The notes under the pieces were generated by a model. It saw nothing but the letters and a program-made list of their open reading frames with translations. It searched no databases and had not been told where the DNA came from. 64,000 nucleotides of DNA from Bdellovibrionales bacterium. GTDB taxonomy: Bacteria > Bdellovibrionota > UBA1018 > JADZFF01. The stretch is from the NCBI GenBank assembly GCA_020850015.1, contig JADZFF010000102.1, forward strand, positions 128 through 64,127. Reading direction: 5' to 3'. Position numbers and translations under genes: made by a program. This document shows positions 45,810 to 54,369 of the stretch, in pieces; the stretch's first letter is position 1; every line of letters starts with the position of its first letter.

Positions 45810-46631
45810 CTACTTCTTCTTTTTCGGGGGAGGCGCGTCGGCGGCCTCGTTGTCCTCGAGGGTCTTGCGGACCAGGTTGCGCATGATGCGGTTCCGGTTG
45901 GCGCCGCCGACGAGGCTCTTGGCGTCGTAGTACAGGCCTGGATCGTTGATGAGGGCGCCCAGCGAGCCCGTCCCGTTGTTCACCTTCTCGAGAATGCCGT
46001 TGAGATTGTCGATGGCGGCCTTGAGCTTGCCTCCGTCTAGGGCTTCATCGAGCTTTTGGGTGGCCTGGGCCATGTTCTTTGCCGTCTTGGCCATGCCATC
46101 GAAGAAGATCTCGCTCCGCTGCTCGTTTTCGAAGGTCTTGAGCAGGCGCTCAAGCGAGGAGGCGATGGAGTTCAGCGAGGTCATGAGGGTTTTCCCGCTG
46201 GTGAAGAGCTGGTCGATGCCCTCGGCGCCGCCCCGGGCGATCATGCTGCCGGCGGCGAGCGCCGGCTTGGCCTGGGTTCCGCCGCGGATGGAGACGTACT
46301 TGTCGCCCAGCACCCCCTGGGTGGCCATCTCGGCCACGGAGTCCTCGCGGATCCAGTCGGCGTAGGCGGTGTCCACGCTCATGTCCACCCGGATCTCGCG
46401 GGTCTCCTCGTCGAACTCGATCTCGTCCACCGTGCCGACGCGGATGCCGTTGAGCATCACCTTCGCCCCCTGGATCAGGCCGTCCACGCTGCCGAACCGC
46501 GTGTAATAGGTGTTCTTGCGGACGAGCAGGGTGTCGGCCCCGCCCAGGGTGAAAACGGCGAGCATCACCAGGAGCGCACCCACGGTGACGAAGAGCCCGA
46601 CCTTGATTTCCGTTTCCAGACCTTTCCTCAT
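45810..46631 (-). CDS. mlaD: MCE-domain lipid transport protein MlaD
   Basis: N-terminal TM (IKVGLFVTVGALLVMLAVF) and an MCE fold pattern (YYTRFGSVDGLIQGAKVMLNGIRVGTV). Confidence 0.85.
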   Translation of the reverse strand: MRKGLETEIKVGLFVTVGALLVMLAVFTLGGADTLLVRKNTYYTRFGSVDGLIQGAKVMLNGIRVGTVDEIEFDEETREIRVDMSVDTAYADWIREDSVAEMATQGVLGDKYVSIRGGTQAKPALAAGSMIARGGAEGIDQLFTSGKTLMTSLNSIASSLERLLKTFENEQRSEIFFDGMAKTAKNMAQATQKLDEALDGGKLKAAIDNLNGILEKVNNGTGSLGALINDPGLYYDAKSLVGGANRNRIMRNLVRKTLEDNEAADAPPPKKKK

Positions 46632-46651
46632 GCTTGCTCCCGCTTCCTCGG

Positions 46652-47461
46652 TCAGTGGTGGTGAATGATGGCTTCGCTGATGAACGACCGCACCAGGGGG
46701 TCCTTGGATTCCTTGATGTTATCCACTGTGTCGCAGACTTTGATCCTGCCCTCGTGGAGGATCGCGATCCGGTCCGCGATCTCGAAGGCGCTCGGGATGT
46801 CGTGCGTGACGAACACGCCCGTGATCCCCGTTTTCTTGAGCTTCTTGATGTTCTCGAGCAGGCGCTTGGTGTTGATCGGGTCGAGGCCCGCGGTGGGCTC
46901 GTCGAAAAGGATCACCTTGGGTTCGAGGATGATCGCGCGGGCGAGCCCGGCCCTTTTCTGCATGCCCCCGGACAGCTCGGCCGGGAGCAGGTCGTTGCTT
47001 CCCGGCATGTCGATCGTGACGAGCATCTCCTGGACCTTCTTGTGGATCTGGCCCGGGCTGAGCGCGGTGTGCTCTTCCAGGGGATACGAGAGGTTCTCCT
47101 CCACGGTAAGCGAGTCGAAGAGCGCGCCGTTCTGGAACACATAGCTGATCCGGGTGCGGTAGGGCATGAGCTCGCGCTCGGTGAGCTGGGTGAGGTCCTT
47201 GCCCTCGAACAGGATCTGCCCCTCGTCCGGCCGCTCCAGCCCGATCAGAGAGCGCAGCACCACGCTCTTTCCGCTGCCCGAGCCTCCGAACAGGCCAAGG
47301 ATCTCGCCCTCGTAGACGCGGAAGCTCACTCCTCGGTGAACGCGCTTCTCGCCATAGGCTTTGTGGAGCTCCACCACGTCCAGGGCGAGCTTCCTTTTCC
47401 CGCCGTAGGGGTCCACCCTGCCTGCGTCCTCCGCGCTTTCTGTGGAGTTCCTGCCGCCCAT
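46652..47461 (-). CDS. mlaF: ABC transporter ATP-binding protein MlaF
   Basis: Walker A GGSGSGKS, the signature LSGGMQKRAGLARA and Walker B ILFDEP. Confidence 0.9.
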   Translation of the reverse strand: MGGRNSTESAEDAGRVDPYGGKRKLALDVVELHKAYGEKRVHRGVSFRVYEGEILGLFGGSGSGKSVVLRSLIGLERPDEGQILFEGKDLTQLTERELMPYRTRISYVFQNGALFDSLTVEENLSYPLEEHTALSPGQIHKKVQEMLVTIDMPGSNDLLPAELSGGMQKRAGLARAIILEPKVILFDEPTAGLDPINTKRLLENIKKLKKTGITGVFVTHDIPSAFEIADRIAILHEGRIKVCDTVDNIKESKDPLVRSFISEAIIHHH

Positions 47462-47468
47462 CCGCTCC

Positions 47469-48305
47469 TCAGCCCTCGTTGTAGACCGTGATGATGAAAA
47501 GCTTCGTGAGAAACACGTCGGCCACCATGATGAAGATGCTCGAGGCCACCACGACCCAGGTCGTGGAGTTGCCCACGCCCTGGGTGCCGCCCTCGGTGTT
47601 GAGCCCCTTCCAGCAGGCGCAAAGCGAGATGAAGAACGCGAACACGACGGTCTTGGCCATGCCGGTGAGGAGATCGGCCATCTGGAGCGTCTCGATGACC
47701 TTGGCGAAGAAGAACTCGCTCTTGATGTTGAGCTCGTGGCTGGCCACCACCATCGCTCCGTAGAGGGCGATGTAGTCGGCGAATAGGGTGAGCACCGGGA
47801 GGGCGATCAGGCAGGCCAGAACCCGGGGAATCACGATTCGCTTGATGGGGCTCGTGCCGAGGGCGCGGATCGCGTCGATCTGCTGGGTAACCTTCATGGA
47901 CGCGATCTCGGAGGCCATTCCCGAGCCGATCCGCCCGGCCACGAGCAGGCTCGTGAACACGGGGCCCATCTCGCGCGACACGGTGAGCGCGACTACTTTC
48001 GGCACGTACAGAGTGCCGCCGAACTTCGCGAGGCCGTATCCGAACTGGAGCGACATGACGGTTCCAACCGCGAGGCCCGTGACCGCGACCAGGAGAAAGC
48101 TCTGGATGCCGATGTAATAGATCTGCTGGATCGTGAGCCTGAAATAGAACGGGGGATAGAGGAGCTCGCGGAACATCTGGGCCGTGAGCAGCGCGATTCC
48201 ACCGCAAAATTGCACCAACGAGATCAGTTTAGCGCCCATTCGCGAGAACGCCGTCGTCAGTAGGTTCAGTTGCCGGGAGCTGCTCCCGGTCGCGGATCCG
48301 GCCAT
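47469..48305 (-). CDS. mlaE: ABC transporter permease MlaE
   Basis: Polytopic membrane protein with the MlaE pattern (REMGPVFTSLLVAGRIGSGMASEIASMKVTQQIDA). Confidence 0.85.
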   Translation of the reverse strand: MAGSATGSSSRQLNLLTTAFSRMGAKLISLVQFCGGIALLTAQMFRELLYPPFYFRLTIQQIYYIGIQSFLLVAVTGLAVGTVMSLQFGYGLAKFGGTLYVPKVVALTVSREMGPVFTSLLVAGRIGSGMASEIASMKVTQQIDAIRALGTSPIKRIVIPRVLACLIALPVLTLFADYIALYGAMVVASHELNIKSEFFFAKVIETLQMADLLTGMAKTVVFAFFISLCACWKGLNTEGGTQGVGNSTTWVVVASSIFIMVADVFLTKLFIITVYNEG

Positions 48306-48359
48306 GGATTCAGATTACCGTGGGGCAGGCGGTGGGCACATGGGCACCTTTTTCCGGGA

Positions 48360-48932
48360 TCAGTCGTCGCCGTCGAAGCGGAGGGAGCCCACCAGGGAGC
48401 TGAAGGCGGAGGCGTTGCTTTCGAACTTGGCCGGCTTCGCGACGTACATCAGGTCGTAGAGGCACTGCCCCCTTCGCGTGACGACCGCGCGGAACTTGAC
48501 GGGGACGCCGTCCATCCGCGCCTCGGCGGTCGTCTCGAGCGCGTCCTCCCTCTGAAGGGGGAACCGGCGCTCCTGGCGGGACTTCAGGTCGCTGAACCCC
48601 AGGAACAGGAGGTCGGTGTATTGCCGCAGATCCTCGGCCGAATAGGCGTGGCGCGGCCGACAGGCGCTGTTGATGGAGAGGATGGCACCCGTCTTCTGGT
48701 GCTGCCAGCTGCGGTCCGAGACGTCCACCTCAGGCGCCAGAGGCTCGGCGCCCCCTTCGAACTCCCCTTGCTCGACCGCCTTCCATTCGGCGTCGGCCTT
48801 GCTGGGAGCCGTGAATCGGTAGCCCTCGGACTTGCCCTCGATGGGCTTCACGGATCCGAAAAGGATCCCGCAGCCGGAAAGGGCTCCGGCAAGCGCGGGC
48901 ATCAGGAGGACTGAAACGAGGTTTCTCTTCAT
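48360..48932 (-). CDS. Hypothetical lipoprotein, first gene of the mla operon
   Basis: Lipobox LSGC after the signal peptide MKRNLVSVLLMPALAGA. No family recognised. Confidence 0.6.
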   Translation of the reverse strand: MKRNLVSVLLMPALAGALSGCGILFGSVKPIEGKSEGYRFTAPSKADAEWKAVEQGEFEGGAEPLAPEVDVSDRSWQHQKTGAILSINSACRPRHAYSAEDLRQYTDLLFLGFSDLKSRQERRFPLQREDALETTAEARMDGVPVKFRAVVTRRGQCLYDLMYVAKPAKFESNASAFSSLVGSLRFDGDD

Positions 48933-49040
48933 GGCGGAGCCAGCCCCAGTTTAGCAGCGAGTCCCGTCAATGCATTATCGAAAAGCGCCGCTCGGCGAGG
49001 AAACGCCCCGGGATGGGGCAAAATTTCCGCCGGGCTACCC

Positions 49041-49067
49041 TTGCATCCGGAAACTTTCTGCTACAAT
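49041..49067 (+). promoter_or_regulatory. Sigma-70-type promoter candidate
   Basis: TTGCAT-N15-TACAAT about 100 nt upstream of the TPR gene. The spacer is short, so this is tentative. Confidence 0.35.
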
Positions 49068-49169
49068 CAGCAAAGGTGAGCGCTTTGCCGCCCGGCAAGA
49101 CGCGAACCGCCGGCCCCCGTCAGGACGACGCGGGCGAGAGGAGAGAGGCCGAATCCATCCCCATCGCGG

Positions 49170-51977
49170 GTGGTGAGGACTCTGAGCAGGGAGGCTCGTA
49201 TTCGTTCTCTCAGGGCTTGTACCTTCATTGTGGCGTTCTTCGCGGCGGCCGGAGCGGCGGCCGCGGCGATATCCGCCCGTGCCGAGACGCCGTCCTCAGT
49301 GGACGCCTCGCTCCTCCCCAAACTCGAGCTGAAGTCCTTCGAGTCGCACAGCCGGATGAGCATTCCCGTGGATCGCGGCGTGGCCGCCGAGCTCAAGGTC
49401 GGGCCGAAGGGGTTCGACCTCCTCCTGAAGGACATCACCTTCCTCGACCTGGGCGTGCCATTCGGAGGCGAGCGCGCTTTCCTGGATGCGGTGGGGCAGG
49501 TGGGCGACGCGCGGACCGGTGGGATCACGGCCTCGGAGGAGCGTGGGGGCGTGAGGATCAGCGGCTCCTGGAAATACGCCACGGGCGAGCAGGCGCCGGC
49601 CGACCCGGGCATGATGACCTTCGACTTCCGGACGGAAACGCCGCCGGCCTACGTTCTGGATTTCTGGCCGAAGAAGGGCCCCACGGTGGCCGAGGCGCGG
49701 AAGGAGCAGGCCAGGCTCAGGCAGCTCGAGGCTTTGCAGAAGGCCCAGGCCACGGCCGAGCGCCGGAGCAAGCGGCGGATCGCGAGCCTGAAGCGCCAGA
49801 GCGACGTCGCCGACGCCGGCAAGTACTGCAAGGAGCCGCTGACCGACTCGCGGGACGTGTTCGTGGAGTTCCGGCCGGCCCGTGAGGAGATCGACTTCAC
49901 GCGATGGTTCCAGGTCACGACGGCGGACACGGAATATCCCTATTTCGAGCCGAAGGGCGAGGGGGAGGACGGCCAGTTCCTCCGCCTGGCGTTGGACCTT
50001 TACCGTTCGGGCAAGCTGGCGCTCGCCGTGCGCACGGCGGAGTTTTTCGAAAAGGAGCACGTCTCCTCGCCCCTCAAAGATGAGATGAAGTTCCTGCGGG
50101 CGAACGCGCTCCTGAAGCTGGGCTACGGCCCGGAGGCGGAGCGCCTGCTGCGGGAGCTAGTGGTGGACTCGGCAGGTTCTCCGGCCGCGCTGCACGCGGG
50201 AATCTACCTCGCCATCCAGGCCTTCAGGAACAAGGACGCCCTTCGCGCGCTCGAGAGCTTCCTCTGGCTGGATCAACGCTATCCGAACCACCGGCTGCAC
50301 TGGGTGTTCCGCCTGGGCGCGGCCGAGGCGATGTACTGGCTCCGCGAGACGGACAAGGCCTCGAAGGCCTATCAGTGGGTCGTGGAAAACGCGCCCGATC
50401 GCGCCTCGCAGGCCGAGGCTGGGCTCCGGATCGGCGACCTGTTCATGGAGCGCCGCCAGTACGCCCAGGCCCTCGCCGCCTACTACAAGGCGCTGAAATA
50501 CTACGGAGACCTCGCTACGAAGGTGCCGACCTCGCTCGTGAACCGCGCCGAGGCGCTCTACTGGCTGGGCCAGTACGACCGCGCCGAGAAGTCCTTCCAG
50601 GAATTCCGCGACGCCCATGCCGGGCATCCGGCCGCCTGGAGGGCCGTGTTCCGCTTGGCCGAGATCCAGGCGCGCAAATCGGGCGAGTCCTTCAGCGGAG
50701 AGGCCCGGAAGCTCTTCTACGAGACCGTGAACCGCTATCCCTTCAGCCCCGGCGCCACGCTCGCCCGCCTGCGTCTCCTGCCCTGCGGAGACCACGGAGG
50801 CTTCGGCCTCGCGAAGGCCGCGAGCTTCCTCGAGGGCGAGGCTTCCGCTTTCGACGGCGGCGAGGAAGTGTTCATGGATCGTTATCCCGATCTCCTGAGC
50901 CTCGCGCACGTTCGGACCCTGGTTTCCCTGGATCAGGAGGAGCGGGCGATCGAGGCAGTCACGACGCGGATGTCATCCGCCTCGGACGAACGAACGCGCG
51001 AGGTCCTCGTTGCCACCGCCAGGATCGCGCTCCGGGCGCTCGTGAACCGGCTCATGGACGCCGGGAAGTCGTACGAGGCCGTGGTGTTCTTCCGGAAGTA
51101 CGACTGGGTGGTGCCTGAGCAGGGCGACCCGAGCCTCTTCGATTTCATGCTCCGCCTCTCGCGCGACGCGGCCGACCTCGGCCTGGGCGCTTTCGCCGAG
51201 TCGGTCGCGGCACGGTACGCCCGTCTCTCTCCGGTGTCGCAACCCATGGGAGGGCGCCTTCCGGCCGCCGAGGAGCCGGAAGACATCGAAGACCGGATGA
51301 AGCGCGCCGAGGAAAGCTACAGCCGCGCGAAAGCCCTTTGGGTGGAGAAGGGCGTTGGGGCGGCCGCGGATGTCCGCCAGCTTCTCGATCGGGTGACGGA
51401 TGAGAGCCCTTTCTCAGCGGAGAAGCAGGTGCTTCTGGGGTTGCTCGACGAGCGCGCGAAGGAGCCGGGAGGCGCGCTGGGCCGCGCCTCAAAGGCCGAG
51501 CTCCTGCTTCCGCCGGCCGAGCAGACCGCGCACCTGCGGCTCCGCTACTGGATGGCGCGCTTGAACGTCGCTCAAGGAGAGACGGAGGCGGCGGCGCGGC
51601 TGTACTCCGAGCTCCAGAAGTCAATGCTTGCTGGGGCGCCTCAGGCAGGCCCCGCCGACCGGCGATGGGATTCCCTGGGGCTGCCGCCGCTGCCGTCCGC
51701 CGAGGCGCTGGTGGTGGAGCATGCGCTATTTCATGAGGCGGCCGGGCGATGGGCCGAGGCCGCCGCCGCCTACGGCTCAGGCGCGGACGCGGACGTGGGC
51801 GGAAACCGAGTTTTGTTCGGGTACGCGCGGGCGCTGCTCAAGGCAGGCGCTCCTGAGGGCCGCAAAACGGCCCAAGGTGTTTTGAAGAAGATCGCGGGAA
51901 GCAAGGAGGACGACTTCTGGAAGAAGATGGCCTCGCAAAGCGACCCGGGTAGCGAAGAGTCAGTGGATTTCCAATAA
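49170..51977 (+). CDS. Large exported TPR-repeat protein
   Basis: Signal-like N-terminus (FIVAFFAAAGAAAAAISARA), then >800 aa of TPR-like helical repeats (LALDLYRSGKLALAV, YAQALAAYYKALKYY, AEALYWLGQYDRAEKSF). Confidence 0.75.
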   Translation: MVRTLSREARIRSLRACTFIVAFFAAAGAAAAAISARAETPSSVDASLLPKLELKSFESHSRMSIPVDRGVAAELKVGPKGFDLLLKDITFLDLGVPFGGERAFLDAVGQVGDARTGGITASEERGGVRISGSWKYATGEQAPADPGMMTFDFRTETPPAYVLDFWPKKGPTVAEARKEQARLRQLEALQKAQATAERRSKRRIASLKRQSDVADAGKYCKEPLTDSRDVFVEFRPAREEIDFTRWFQVTTADTEYPYFEPKGEGEDGQFLRLALDLYRSGKLALAVRTAEFFEKEHVSSPLKDEMKFLRANALLKLGYGPEAERLLRELVVDSAGSPAALHAGIYLAIQAFRNKDALRALESFLWLDQRYPNHRLHWVFRLGAAEAMYWLRETDKASKAYQWVVENAPDRASQAEAGLRIGDLFMERRQYAQALAAYYKALKYYGDLATKVPTSLVNRAEALYWLGQYDRAEKSFQEFRDAHAGHPAAWRAVFRLAEIQARKSGESFSGEARKLFYETVNRYPFSPGATLARLRLLPCGDHGGFGLAKAASFLEGEASAFDGGEEVFMDRYPDLLSLAHVRTLVSLDQEERAIEAVTTRMSSASDERTREVLVATARIALRALVNRLMDAGKSYEAVVFFRKYDWVVPEQGDPSLFDFMLRLSRDAADLGLGAFAESVAARYARLSPVSQPMGGRLPAAEEPEDIEDRMKRAEESYSRAKALWVEKGVGAAADVRQLLDRVTDESPFSAEKQVLLGLLDERAKEPGGALGRASKAELLLPPAEQTAHLRLRYWMARLNVAQGETEAAARLYSELQKSMLAGAPQAGPADRRWDSLGLPPLPSAEALVVEHALFHEAAGRWAEAAAAYGSGADADVGGNRVLFGYARALLKAGAPEGRKTAQGVLKKIAGSKEDDFWKKMASQSDPGSEESVDFQ

Positions 51978-51993
51978 GCCAAGGAGGGCAGAC

Positions 51994-52962
51994 GTGACGG
52001 AGATCATTACAGCGGACCGTAGGATGCGGGAGCTGATTCAGTTGGCGACGACGGTGGCACAAAGCAAGGCCACGGTGCTGATTCAGGGCGAGAGCGGCAC
52101 GGGCAAGGAGCTCGTGGCGGCCCTGATCCACGAGAAAAGCAACCGGGCGGGTCGACCCTTCGTGGCGATCAACTGCGCGGCGATCCCGGACAACCTCCTC
52201 GAGTCGGAGCTCTTTGGGTACGAGAGAGGTGCCTTCACCGGAGCGGTGAACAGCCACGCCGGCAAGTTCGAGCTCGCCAACGGCGGCACGATCCTGCTGG
52301 ATGAGGTGTCTGAGATGGACGTCCGACTCCAGGCCAAGCTCCTGCGCGTGATCCAGGAGGGCCAAGTGGACCGCATCGGCGGCAAGAAGCCGATTCACGT
52401 GGATGTGCGAATCGTGGCGACCACGAATCGGAATCTCACGGACGCGGTGCGGGACGGCACCTTCCGCGAGGATCTCTACTACCGCCTCAACGTGGTGAAC
52501 TTCAGTCTTCCGTCGCTTCGGGAGCGCACGGGCGACGTGCGCCTCCTGGCCTCGTACTTCCTCCAGATCTACGCCCGGCGGAATGACCGCTTCCTGGCGG
52601 GTTTCACCGACGAGGCGCTGCAGATCATGGACTCGCACTCCTGGCCCGGAAACATCCGCGAGCTCGAGAACGTCGTGGAGCGTTCCGTGATCACGGCCAC
52701 GGGCGAGCGGGTGTCGGCTCGGGATCTCCAGATCCTGACCCGGGCGGGTACGCCCTCCTCGACGATCGACCTGGCCGAGGCCCCGTCGAACACGTCCTGG
52801 AGCCCAGGCCAGACCTTGGACGAGATCGAGCGCCGCGTGATCATGGATGCGTTGAGCTACCACAAGGGCAACCGCACCCATACGGCGCGCGCTCTCGGGA
52901 TCTCGATCCGGACGCTGCGGAACAAGCTGGCCGACTTCCGGAAAATGGGAATCTACCTCTGA
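51994..52962 (+). CDS. Receiver-less sigma-54-dependent activator (AAA+ and Fis-type HTH only)
   Basis: GESGTGKE, an intact GAFTGA (ERGAFTGAVN), WPGNIRELEN and an HTH (GNRTHTARALGISIRTL). GTG start. It begins directly at the AAA+ domain. Confidence 0.85.
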   Translation: MTEIITADRRMRELIQLATTVAQSKATVLIQGESGTGKELVAALIHEKSNRAGRPFVAINCAAIPDNLLESELFGYERGAFTGAVNSHAGKFELANGGTILLDEVSEMDVRLQAKLLRVIQEGQVDRIGGKKPIHVDVRIVATTNRNLTDAVRDGTFREDLYYRLNVVNFSLPSLRERTGDVRLLASYFLQIYARRNDRFLAGFTDEALQIMDSHSWPGNIRELENVVERSVITATGERVSARDLQILTRAGTPSSTIDLAEAPSNTSWSPGQTLDEIERRVIMDALSYHKGNRTHTARALGISIRTLRNKLADFRKMGIYL

Positions 52963-52978
52963 TTGCGTACTCGGCAAT

Positions 52979-53005
52979 CCCTGCCCACGTCCATCGTGGG
53001 CAGGG
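52979..53005 (+). terminator. Stem-loop between the activator gene and flgB (no U tract)
   Basis: CCCTGCCCACG-tccat-CGTGGGCAGGG (11-bp stem), 17 nt after the stop codon. Confidence 0.4.
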
Positions 53006-53059
53006 GCTGCCGGGCCGCGGACGCTGCGCATTGCGCTAGAATGGGAGCGAGGAGCCAGG

Positions 53060-53476
53060 ATGGCCGACTCGATCTTTGACCCCACGATGGGATCCCTGAA
53101 CACGTCCATGAACCTGCGCCTCGCGCAGCAGAACGTGATCAGCTCCAACATCGCGAACGCCGACACGCCGGGCTTCAAGGCCAAGGCGATGGAGTTCGAG
53201 AGCGCCTTCCGCGAGGCGCTGGGCGCGGGCGATCTTCTGCCCATGAGCGCAACCGAGGACGGCCATGTCGTTCCCCGTGAGACCGATCCGATTTATCCCG
53301 AGATCTACGACGATCCAAACGGGGTGGAATCGCTCGACGGCAACACCGTGAACCGGTCGGCCGAGATGACCAAGCTGGCAGAGAACCAGCTGATGTACGA
53401 CGCCTCGGCGGAGCTCGTGCGCAGGAAGCTCGGACTTCTCAAGTACTCGATCACGGAAGGCGGGGGTAACAGGTAA
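53060..53476 (+). CDS. flgB: Flagellar basal-body rod protein FlgB
   Basis: N-terminal rod motif (RLAQQNVISSNIANADTPGFK) and a C-terminal LAENQLMYDA. Confidence 0.9.
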   Translation: MADSIFDPTMGSLNTSMNLRLAQQNVISSNIANADTPGFKAKAMEFESAFREALGAGDLLPMSATEDGHVVPRETDPIYPEIYDDPNGVESLDGNTVNRSAEMTKLAENQLMYDASAELVRRKLGLLKYSITEGGGNR

Positions 53477-53913
53477 TGGATTTCTTCTCCTCGATGCGGG
53501 TGAGCGCTTCGGGCCTCGAGGCCCAGATGAAGCGCATGAACACGATCTCATCGAACATCGCCAACGCGGAGACCACCCGCACGGCCGAGGGCGGGCCGTA
53601 CCAGCGCCAGGACCCGGTATTCGCCGCGGTCACCGATCGGGAGAGTTTCGGGGAAATCCTCTCCAACGAGCTCGATGAGAACGTGCAGGGCGTTCAGGTG
53701 CAGCAGATCCAGAAGGACGAGCGGCCGCCCAGGATGGTTTACAACCCGTCGCACCCGGACGCGAACGCGGACGGGTACGTGGCGATGCCGAACGTGAACA
53801 CGGTGGAGGAGATGGCGAACATGATCAGCGCCCAACGCTCCTACGAGGCGAACGTGACGGCGATGGGGGCCGCGAAGTCCATGGCCCAGAAGGCCCTGGA
53901 GATCGGGCGTTAA
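53476..53913 (+). CDS. flgC: Flagellar basal-body rod protein FlgC
   Basis: SASGLEAQMKRMNTISSNIANAETT and the C-terminal VNTVEEMANMISAQRSYEANV. Confidence 0.95.
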   Translation: MDFFSSMRVSASGLEAQMKRMNTISSNIANAETTRTAEGGPYQRQDPVFAAVTDRESFGEILSNELDENVQGVQVQQIQKDERPPRMVYNPSHPDANADGYVAMPNVNTVEEMANMISAQRSYEANVTAMGAAKSMAQKALEIGR

Positions 53914-53926
53914 GGGGGAATGAACG

Positions 53927-54310
53927 GTGGCCGGACTCAACTCCATTGAAGGCTTGAACCAGCTGATCCCGGTGGATCCTTCGCCGATGGGCGGGGGTCT
54001 GGGGCCGGCCGGCGGAGTGGCCTCCGATGCGCTCGCGCGCCGAGAGATGGATCTGAACGGGCTCGAGGCCCCCGACGCGGGCGTCTCGGGCAAAGGCTTC
54101 CTCAAGATGCTCAGCGAGTCCGTGATGGACGTGAACCAGGATCAGGCGAGCGCGGACTACGCCATCCAGGAGCTGCTCGCGGGCCGGACGAAGAACATCC
54201 ACGAAACGATGCTCGCGGTGGAGCGCGCGGACGCCTCCTTGAAGATGATGATGCAGGTGCGGAACAAGCTGCTCGAGGCGTACCGGGAAGTCATGAGAAT
54301 GCAAGTTTAG
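53927..54310 (+). CDS. fliE: Flagellar hook-basal body complex protein FliE
   Basis: C-terminal IHETMLAVERADASLKMMMQVRNKLLEAYREVMRMQV. It sits after flgC. Confidence 0.85.
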   Translation: MAGLNSIEGLNQLIPVDPSPMGGGLGPAGGVASDALARREMDLNGLEAPDAGVSGKGFLKMLSESVMDVNQDQASADYAIQELLAGRTKNIHETMLAVERADASLKMMMQVRNKLLEAYREVMRMQV

Positions 54311-54369
54311 GTGAGGCTTTGAGCTGAGCAGGATGCGAGGCGGGGTTTCATCTTCGGGGGTATGAGAGC

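Noticed and set aside
49031-49046. GGGCTA...TTGCAT resembling a sigma-54 promoter upstream of the TPR gene.
   Set aside because: The GG-to-GC spacing is one nucleotide short of the obligatory spacing. The TTGCAT is better explained as a sigma-70 -35 element paired with TACAAT.
53031-53042. TAGAAT hexamer 18 nt upstream of the flgB ATG as a possible -10 element.
   Set aside because: There is no acceptable -35 or extended -10. The implied transcript would start inside or right at the RBS. It is kept only as a remote possibility.
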